DNA of 64,000 nt from Oopsacas minuta (lineage: Eukaryota; Animalia; Porifera), in the NCBI GenBank assembly GCA_024704765.1, contig JAKMXF010000310.1, positions 496,001 through 560,000 on the forward strand, read 5' to 3'. The number at the start of each line of letters is the position of its first letter. Within the stretch, counting starts at the first letter, position 1. Of the stretch, positions 22,623 through 31,142 are shown one piece after another. The notes beneath the pieces were generated by a model. That model saw only the letters and a list, made by a program, of their open reading frames with translations, was not told where the DNA came from and searched no databases. Position numbers and translations under genes: made by a program.

Positions 22623-25600
22623 TTATACTTCCTTAGTTTCGAAAAGAACTTTCTGTGATTTGTTCAATCGTTCAACGAGAGTAGTCTTTTCAAACGCAAA
22701 CCCCGGAGTTAGTACTCCTCCCCTCCTCTTCGTACTGCTCTGTATAATATCCTTTTCTTCTAATATTGTAATTGCACTAGATACGCACATACAGGAAGTA
22801 ACCACATAACTACAGGAGACAGGAGAGATATGATAATCAATACATTAGCCGTATACGTAGTTACATACACGTGCTCTAACTACTGTCCTTGCTTGATTTA
22901 GTATGACTTACTATGAGAGTATATAGTCGTGCGTATCATGTCATTGTGATAAAGTTGAATTGATTGGAATTAACTATGAGCCTTTGGTTCGTAACTTGGA
23001 CACTGCACTGTATCACAATATTGATTACAGCTTCCTAGTTCTGGTATATATCCTATCTATTAAATATTGGTTTATTACCTACCCTGGTTCAGCTCCTGAT
23101 ACATTTACACGAACATTCTTACTCTCCCTCTCAGCTCCAGATATAGTGGTATCCATAACAGACTTGAATGAAGTTTTCATTATTGATTCATGGGTTGGAC
23201 CCTTCACCAACCTAACAAGGTATTTGCGAATAGTAGAAAACTATGAAATAATAACAAATTACAAATCACAAATACAGTCAAACTTGTCTAATCCAAAACC
23301 ATTTTCGTTACAAAATACTACTCAGTTAATATCATACGAGTATCACAGATTAATTCGAAACTCTGTACAACGCACGACAACTTGTATATTTAATTATTTC
23401 ATGCTAGAAATAATCACATGCGATATCACTTTAGAATATACATTATAATTTTAATATTCTATACACGATAGGTTAAGTGCGGATACCGACAATTCGCACC
23501 ACGACAATTCGCACCGCGACAATTCGCACCACGACAATTCGCACCACGACAATTCGCACCGCGACAATTCGCACCAGCGACAATTCGCACCACGACAATT
23601 CGCACCGCGACAATTCGCACCAGCGACAATTCGCACCACGACAATTCGCACCAGCGACAATTCGCACCACGACAATTCGCACCGCGACAATTCGCACCAG
23701 CGACAATTCGCACCAGCGACAATTCGCACCGCGACAATTCGCACCACGACAATTCGCACCACGACAATTCGCACCACGACAATTCGCACCGCGACAATTC
23801 GCACCACGACAATTCGCACCACGACAATTCGCACCAGCACCGCGACAATTCGCACCAGCGACAATTCGCACCGCGACAATTCGCACCACGACAATTCGCA
23901 CCTAATTTGATCTCTAATCAATGTATTTGAGGGCTAGATAATCCTTTAGATTAACATGTTAATCGGCTCCCAGACTGAAATGATGTGCTACACCCTGCAA
24001 GAACTCCATTTTAGAACGATCTTGAGAATAATATTCACGAACTAGAGTCTTCAACGCTTCCTCACTCTGTTGGGACCGCCTTCGCTTGGTTGGTGGCTTG
24101 CCAACGAGGTAGTTAGTATGCCGCACCTCCACTAGGCCCTGCTCACGCTTGAGGGCTAGGAGGAACTTCCATATGGTGGGGTGATGGCAGCCGACAGTGG
24201 CATTGAAGCTGTGGTACCATGCCTCCACGGCGTTGGTTGTACGGGGGAGCCCGAAGGGCGTGCTGAGGTGGTAGTTCCACAGGTCGATGGGGAACGTCGC
24301 CGCTACATGGTATCCACTGGCTAGCGTGCGACCGATATACGTCCTCTCAAAGTAGTCGACTAGTTCGCCTATCTCAGACGTAAGGGGGAGGTCCATTGCC
24401 ACTTGATCAAACAGATCGTGTACGTCTGCTGGTCGGGCAAAAGCAAGGGCTGGTATCCTCCGGATGCACATAGCCAACTCTTCGTCATGTGTGTAGGCAG
24501 ACTGCAGCCCTACAGACTGCACATGTCGCCAGATATTCTGTGTGAGGTGGAAGAAGCAGCACTTCACTACTGTGTTAGGCCAGACATGCTCAAAGCTGGT
24601 AATCGGGCCCTTCTCAAAGTCCAGGAGCATCTGTTGAGGCTGGGCAAGTGGATACAGTAGGCCAATCAAATTAGGTGCGAATTGTCGTGGTGCGAATTGT
24701 CGCGGTGCGAATTGTCGTGGTGCGAATTGACGTGGTGCGAATTGTCGGTATTCCGGTTAAGTGTACGTGTACAATACTGAAATTTTCCAATTCTTTGTGT
24801 AATGAAAGAACAGATAAACGAACACTCCGAACAGTGGCGGTCCCAGGAGGGAAGGCAACGGGGCATTAGCCCCGGGTTTGAGATCTTGGGCCCCGGGCTA
24901 TACAAAATCCTGGGACCACTCCTGACTTCGAATCAGTGAACATCCAATTACGTGCTTCGATATATTCACTCGAACAAAAGCGATAGACAAATAATACTGT
25001 AATCTCACCTGAGCTGGTATAAATATCAAAATCATCACTATCAATATAGAAATCATCAAGGCAAATCCTCCAAGTGAGAAGTTCTCACTCACAGCTAGAG
25101 AAGGTTCTCCTTTCCCGTTTCTCTTACCTATATCACTCATACTGAGTCTGAGAAAGTGACTGTTAGATAAAGCCATACTCACAAACCAACTTTTAAACCG
25201 TGAGTCGTAATGTAATGGCCATCGTGTGGGTTGTTTTAAGCGAGATGCTTGTAACCTTTCCATTCTTGCCATATGCTTACCTTCCACTCTGAATTTACTC
25301 ATAGTTTCTAGAATAGTGTGCCATGTCCCTGTGTGCATGCCTCCTCCCTAGAAGGCAAATTATATTTGAGCACTGCTGAAGCAATGCATATAAGCATACA
25401 ACCAATAGTGCTTGTATTTGTTCTATGATTCGATGTTATATAGTAAATTCCCGCTAATGTATTTTTCTTGGGAGGGCAAAATGCTATGTAAGAAATTTCC
25501 CTCTGGGAAGAATACTACATAGTATTTCTCGGGGGATATATACAGAGGTGAAGGATTGCTATATGACGCTGGCACCATATATAGTAGTATTTTTGTGGAC

Positions 25601-26158
25601 CATGGCAAGATCCTATGTACTTACATTTATATGCTTATGATAAAAATTCACACAAGATAGTTCTGATGACGTCATTGTTTGCAGAGCACAGTTAGCAGAT
25701 AGTTCTATAAGCAGGGATACATACCCACATGCTGGTACCACGAATACTCCTTTCTCTTCTGCAAGCTTACTGTATTTATCTCTCATCAATTCCATATAAT
25801 CAATTTCTCCACTAAGATCGACATAATTACTCCACTCTTCAATACAAAGTCTGATAACCATGTCTCCTGAATACACTCCATAAGGTCCCACACAGTTAAT
25901 CACGAGATTAGCTCTCTTACACATGTTTCGTATACTTTGTTCATCTTCAACGTTAGCTTGTATCACACGTACACTCCTTGGTAGATTCAGTTCTCCATGT
26001 AGAGCATTCAGCTTACTTAAAGTCTTGCCTGCAATAGCCCAGCTCCTTTTGGTTCCAATTGTTTCGTGCATTTCTCTTACAATGTAACCACCAGTGAATC
26101 CGGTAGCTCCGAACACCACCAAGTCAAATTCTTTCCTCCCAGAGCTTGAGTCATCCAT
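22623..26158 (-). CDS. SCCPDH: Saccharopine dehydrogenase-like oxidoreductase, 4 exons (26158-25625, 25347-25009, 23240-23083, 22809-22623; about 405 aa)
   Basis: Rossmann motif VVFGATGFTG, WAIAG, INCVGPYG, YVDLSGE in exon 1; HTGTW in exon 2. The exon 3/4 junction gives VSGAEPGYVVTS and exon 4 has GGVLTPGFAF..T.LVERL. All junctions are GT-AG and phase-consistent (0, 0, 2). Confidence 0.88.
23487..23902. repeat. Left subterminal array: 27 copies of CGACAATTCGCACC separated by A, G or AG
   Basis: Counted directly; the 14-mer core is invariant, with one longer AGCACCG joint after unit 23. Confidence 0.95.
23959..24669 (-). pseudogene. C-terminal half of a MULE transposase (open 236 codons, 5' part deleted)
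   Basis: LLDFE (second D), CCFFHLTQNIWR (CxxH), LALAF-like PALAF, DYFERTYIGR, LWN, PRTTNAVEAW (catalytic E), HPTIWKFL..LKREQ. First catalytic D and N-terminus are absent; the ORF begins at the inner TIR edge. Confidence 0.9.
24674..24747. repeat. Right subterminal array: 5 inverted copies (GGTGCGAATTGTCG)
   Basis: Reverse complement of the left unit; one copy has a T-to-A change. Confidence 0.95.
24832..24924. mobile_element. Tiny hAT-type MITE, 93 bp, in SCCPDH intron 2
   Basis: Imperfect TIRs CAGTGGCGGTCCCAGGA / TCCTGGGACCACTCCTG; 8-bp TSD ACTCCGAA / ACTTCGAA. Confidence 0.7.
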
Positions 26159-26641
26159 TTCCAGTTTCTACATATGTTGTTAAGAATTACTAGAAAGAAG
26201 ACAAATAAAATATACGACTTATACCATACGGGAACGCATACTGGAAGAGGTATATACTGTGAAATATCTAGGAGTGGATAAAACAAGAATATTTCATATT
26301 CCATAGTTAGAAGTTCACATTCACATTTCTGTAGTAATTATATAATAATTTAAATATTTGTGAGACTTGCCCTAAACAGATTCTTTAAAGATAATAACTG
26401 ATTTTTTGCAGAAAATTTTTAATCGAGACAAAAATTATTCATAAACTAACAAAAAAAAATATAGGCTAATATGTTTCAAAAATCTTAATCTGATCTGCAG
26501 AGATGCAAGATGGGGCACTTGCACCGTTTCCTCTGGCCTCACCCGTAGTTACGCCTAAGCTCTCATGTTATTAATGTACTACTGTTGGCAGTGTAGAATT
26601 TGACCGATTAGCTGCGTATATGAACAATTACTGTACGTATT

Positions 26642-27949
26642 ATGTATAGAGTGCTTATTATATATAAATTAGGGTTTATTCTAATGAAACAGGGTAAGGT
26701 ATCCTTCACTCCATTAGAAAAAGAACCAGGTGTAGACGAGGTTACAGATTTTCGTCCGGTTTGCAAATATGGAGCCAATTGTTACAGAAAGAATCCAGAT
26801 CACCAGAAGCAGTACAAACACCCTAGAGAGCCTAATGCTCTAATCTCCCCTCCAGTAACCAGCAAGAAAGTTAGATTAGATGACAGTCATGATTCAGATC
26901 TTTTCATAGATAATGCGAGTGAAGAAATTGAATTAATTATAAAGCAGGCAGATACGTCAGCTGTTGAGCCAAAGGAAGATGAATTGGCAACTGGTAAGCT
27001 CTCACAAGGTGCAGGTGCTTCTTCTGGTAATAATAAAGCTTGTATTAATTATGAACAGTTATTACCATCAGATAATGCTCAGACAATTGTAAAGAAGAGG
27101 TTCTTCATTGAACTCTCAAAGAGCTGTTTGCTATTCTGGCAATTTTGTCAGGAGACGAACAAAGAGTCTCCTTGTTCCGCCCTCAAAGAGCTTGGTATGG
27201 AGCTGTTGGGACCATTCCAGGTACTAGCTGCAGTCAATAAAGGAATTCCTATAAATGAAATTACTTACAACTGTATGGAGCATCGATATTACTACGACCC
27301 ACCTGAGGTATTGACGGTAATACAGGTTGATAAAACTAAAGGATCACACATAGCATATTACACGGATCATCCCTTGACTCAGCCAAACTTCATAGTATTA
27401 TGTCCTACCAAGGATAACTGTATATTGAAACCTATTGGAGATAATCTATTTCAAGCAGTTATCCAGCTGCACCAAGATACTGGCCTCTCAATCATAAAGT
27501 CACTCAAACAGTTTGCAACTAATCATGATATAGATCTGATGCCAACTGCAATTAAATTGAGGAAGAAGCAAGTTATAGCTGATACCTTCCACGGGGCGGG
27601 AATTGTAGTACCGTATGACCATACTACTGAGCTGGGATACAGACCGCTTAACCTCACTAACACTCAGCTCAAGACACTCCTATCTCAGGCAACTACAGCT
27701 ACTGAAGGGAAGAAGAAATCTAACAAACTTGATCAACTACAAGATTTGATAACTTATGTTCAGTTTGCAAATGATGAAGGAGATCCTGGGATGGGGTTAG
27801 AGTTAGGAATAGACTTGTTTTGTAACGGACATAAGTTATTCACTTCTAATATACTTCACTTATTGACGGTAGGATACGATCTTCTAGGGAGGGAGCAGTA
27901 TAGATGGATTATAGAGGAGCAAATGAATGAAAGAAAACAGCACAAGTAG
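26642..27949 (+). CDS. HPF1: Histone PARylation factor 1 with an N-terminal PBZ zinc finger (start may be Met at 26684 or an upstream exon)
   Basis: CKYGANCYRKNPDHQKQYKHP (PBZ); LELLGPF-like segment, HRYYYDPPE, TFHGAGIVVPYD..TELGYRPL, QFANDEGDPGMGLELGIDLF with the catalytic Glu retained. Confidence 0.92.
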   Translation: MYRVLIIYKLGFILMKQGKVSFTPLEKEPGVDEVTDFRPVCKYGANCYRKNPDHQKQYKHPREPNALISPPVTSKKVRLDDSHDSDLFIDNASEEIELIIKQADTSAVEPKEDELATGKLSQGAGASSGNNKACINYEQLLPSDNAQTIVKKRFFIELSKSCLLFWQFCQETNKESPCSALKELGMELLGPFQVLAAVNKGIPINEITYNCMEHRYYYDPPEVLTVIQVDKTKGSHIAYYTDHPLTQPNFIVLCPTKDNCILKPIGDNLFQAVIQLHQDTGLSIIKSLKQFATNHDIDLMPTAIKLRKKQVIADTFHGAGIVVPYDHTTELGYRPLNLTNTQLKTLLSQATTATEGKKKSNKLDQLQDLITYVQFANDEGDPGMGLELGIDLFCNGHKLFTSNILHLLTVGYDLLGREQYRWIIEEQMNERKQHK

Positions 27950-28559
27950 AACACATAGAATTATATTATTGTTGAATAGCAGTTTTATGCGTGTTTTGTG
28001 TATGTACAACTTAAACGTATAATTCACAGAGTTAATAATAAGATATCCTCAAATACAAGTAGTATGTCTAAAAAAATTCTGCATAAAGTTTAATTATAGT
28101 TTGTGTTCCTCGATTATAGCATATGGCTGCACTGTGGCTACTAAGAACATCCCATGCTCGTTAAAAATGTTCAAAATTATTTTGTAATAATTTACTTAGC
28201 TGAATTACAGTAGTATTCAATGCAAATTTCATAGTTACTGGGTCAAAATCGTATATACAGTCAACTCCAGTTATATAAAACACTGATGTCGGAATACCCT
28301 CTCATATCGAAGTCTGCACATCTGAAATTGTACAAATATGGTCCCGAACTATCAAAGTAACATATATCATCTCATATATCAAAGAAATTAGCTCTTGCTT
28401 GAGCTTCGATATAACCAGCAGGGATGGATCTAGGTTCAAACTTTAGGGGGCGGATAGATGAAACACTGTATATAACCTGAGTTGACAGCATATTTATGAT
28501 AATATTCATATTTATACTCCCAATTAATAAGATAGTATTACTACAATATGTTTCTGTAG

Positions 28560-29630
28560 TCATCTCTATACATTGATAACAGATATCACGCATTGTTCAG
28601 TAGGACAGAGTGGTTGATATCTGATACAGGTATTCTGCTCAGTAGTCACTTAGTAAAACTAGCAGAGTACAACAATTATGTAGATTAGTTTAATAGTCAC
28701 AGCTCTCCACTCAAACCTAAATATCTCAATGGACACCTTATCATGTAAGCAATATATTATATCATTCTATCTGATAGAGATAGCCAGGTGAATAATACAA
28801 TGTTTGTTTCTTTTAGTTGACAACCTGTTCGGGAATACCAGTGTCCTGCAGATGTTAACAGGATTTGATGCTGTTGCAATCAGTAAGTTAGATTAGTTAC
28901 CATTTAGCCTACTAACAAGAAATTAGTTACATTTCTCCCACTAAATGTAATGCATTATTTACAAAGAGTCGTGATTTTCCTTATCTAGAAAATGATTTTT
29001 AAAGTGTACAAGCATGAGACTATCAAAAATATGATAGCTCTTCAATTTCTGGTCATCTATAAACTCAGTCGATGTCTGTGGATGTTTGTAAAAGATCATA
29101 AAAGTTTGTAAAAGTTGTAAACATTGGAAAGGATAAGCGAAATTCCTGACAATGGACGATAATAATCACCTACCCCTCATGGTCGCTACTTGATACACGG
29201 CCATGTGTGAAAGTAGGCCATGATCCAACTAATCTTATGTATGACCTACGATAGTTATCAAATGATAAGTTGATAACCATCCTAGGTCATACATAAGATA
29301 ACCACCCCTTATGTTGGAATATCCTTAGATTGACAATATAATTATTATCTACAGATGGTGCTACAGTAACAGTACTTATCTGTCTATGTTTGGGAGATGT
29401 ATTGATTTGTTGTTGTGGATGTCTACTGTGTTGCTGTGTGTGGCGTAATGCCAGATCAAGCCATATGAGCAGTTACACAATAAAGCCTATTATACAGAGG
29501 AAGTCTACTTATAACATGCCTGCGATGAGCAGACTCAGTAGGATCAGTAATAGTGGAATTGTGGAGATGGAATGGGTACAGAATCACAAATCTAGTGAAG
29601 CATCTGATATACCTCTTCACCAACATACAG
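28560..29630 (+). CDS. Unrecognised single-pass membrane protein, partial (candidate exons 28560-28629, 28697-28744, 28817-28882, 29355-29630)
   Basis: Chain of phase-1-compatible exons with good splice sites (GTAAGC, GTAAGT donors; TTTTAG, CTACAG acceptors). Sequons NIS and NTS upstream of a hydrophobic Cys-rich segment VTVLICLCLGDVLICCCGCLLCCCVW followed by basic RNAR. 5' and 3' ends unresolved. Confidence 0.5.
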
Positions 29631-29857
29631 GTAATAATTTGATATTATCTAGGGTACACAGGTAGTATATGTAGAACCTCGTTAATACGTACAGCTACAG
29701 CAGGTTACCGTAGAAATGTGTAAGAATTTTACGGAGCTGGTGCATAACTAGAAATCTCAACTCAGAGCGAGTAGGGAAGGATGAATATTAGCCTCAATAT
29801 AAGGTGATTACAATAGGGAGGCGACGACCGAAAAGTCGAAGAGGCATTTTCCTCCTA

Positions 29858-30287
29858 CAGGCTTGTTAAAGGGCCCTACATAGCCAGGTCAGGTCTCCAG
29901 ATTAATCAGGTCAATTTCCGGTCAATATCCAGTCATTTAACAATCAATTGAGCGCAATTAATCAACTTAGGAATGGGGAAACCATACACTATGGGATGGA
30001 TATACTGCCAGTTTTACTCAGTATTTATTTTGACGAGAGCCTATTACATTGAAGATATATCACACTCTAAATTAGTTGACCCTATTATGGAAGTAATTCA
30101 ATTCAATTTACCAGTTACTTAAGTGACGGATTAGCAAGGTAAGATTATCAGAGAAGAAAGAATAATGCAAACTCGCTGAAGCCTGAAAATGAGCTGAAAA
30201 TACTCTGATTGACCTGTAAGTGCCCTGCAAGAGACCTGAAATGACGTAAATATGACCTGAAATTGACCTAACCTTTTGACAAGCCTG
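29858..30287. mobile_element. Non-autonomous TIR element, 430 bp, with a 6-bp TSD
   Basis: TIRs CAGGCTTGTTAAA / TTTGACAAGCCTG; repeated subterminal CAGGTCA / TGACCT motifs; CTCCTA duplicated at 29852-29857 and 30288-30293. Confidence 0.7.
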
Positions 30288-31142
30288 CTCCTATACATAA
30301 ACAGTATACACTGATAATACCGTTGAGAAGTTGCGCATTAACCGTTTAGTGAGATCACTGATTTGATATTAAATAAAAACTCGTTAATAGTTAACTACTT
30401 GAAGTTTGGCACTAATTTCAACATAATTCAACCAGACGGTAGAAACTTAGCCTACCAGTTAAATCAGCCAGCCAAAACTCTCGAGTACGTCACGCAAATG
30501 CAACTAAGCAGCTTTCGTGAAAGTTTTCCCATCGCGAACCGATTGAGCCAAATACTGTGTATTTTGGTGGACTAATGCTAAGTGTAGGATTAAGTTATAG
30601 AAATATTAATTAATAAATTTCCTATTCACAATACTAGTCATATACTTGTATACTGTATTATGAAGAGAAAATATTTTCCCGCATATTTATTATTTGGATT
30701 TGGAGCTGGCTCTGACGCATATAGTTTTTAACTGAGTTATCAAATAAATAACTATTGTATATTGAGCAGTGCTAGACAAAAGTGAAATTCCGTGGTCGCT
30801 AACTTAGCAAGATTTTGGGGTGGCATAATTAAGGAAAATTTTGGTGGCTATAGCTCCAAACCACCGGATTTGTTGAGCACTGATAATAGGGACCTGATTT
30901 GTAAATACTTGCTCCTCTTATCCGTAAACTAGTATTAGCTGTGTTCGTATTAACAAGGTTCTATTAGCACATATGGGTAACACTATATACTATAGTTAAT
31001 GAGCTTAGTTCGTACATAGAGTAATAATTATAATATATCAGATCAATATTCGTAAACTTAATAAACAATTTATACAAACACCAATATTCGCGGATAACAC
31101 ATTATAATTGTACCACAATATATAATTCTATAAAGCTGACTG

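Larger units (their letters stand above)
23480..24754 (-). mobile_element. Internally deleted Mutator (MULE), Phantom/foldback type, with TIRs made of tandem arrays; lies in SCCPDH intron 2
   Basis: 9-bp TSD GGTTAAGTG at 23471-23479 and 24755-24763. Ends CGGATACCGAC / GTCGGTATTCC. Inverted arrays plus an inner TAATTTGAT/ATCAAATTA. MULE transposase fragment inside. Confidence 0.88.

Noticed and set aside
22960-23448. 162-aa plus-strand ORF
   Set aside because: Antisense shadow of SCCPDH exon 3 and its flanking introns; no domain signal.
23487-23902. CRISPR-like array
   Set aside because: Spacers are only 1-2 nt, the repeat is 14 bp, there are no cas genes, the context is eukaryotic, and an inverted partner array plus a 9-bp TSD identify it as a transposon TIR.
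23451-23921. Overlapping ORFs (WCELS-, GANCR-, RIVVV-, IRTTT-repeat proteins), also 24666-24905
   Set aside because: Translation artefacts of the 15/16-bp repeat, which lacks stops in several frames.
25423-25608. 61-aa ORF between SCCPDH fragments
   Set aside because: Lies wholly within intron 1; the flanking exons join in frame without it and preserve family spacing.
30767-30882. Small CAGTGCT..CAAA / TTTG..AGCACTG inverted-repeat element
   Set aside because: TIR short and imperfect, with no matching TSD; too weak to list as a feature.
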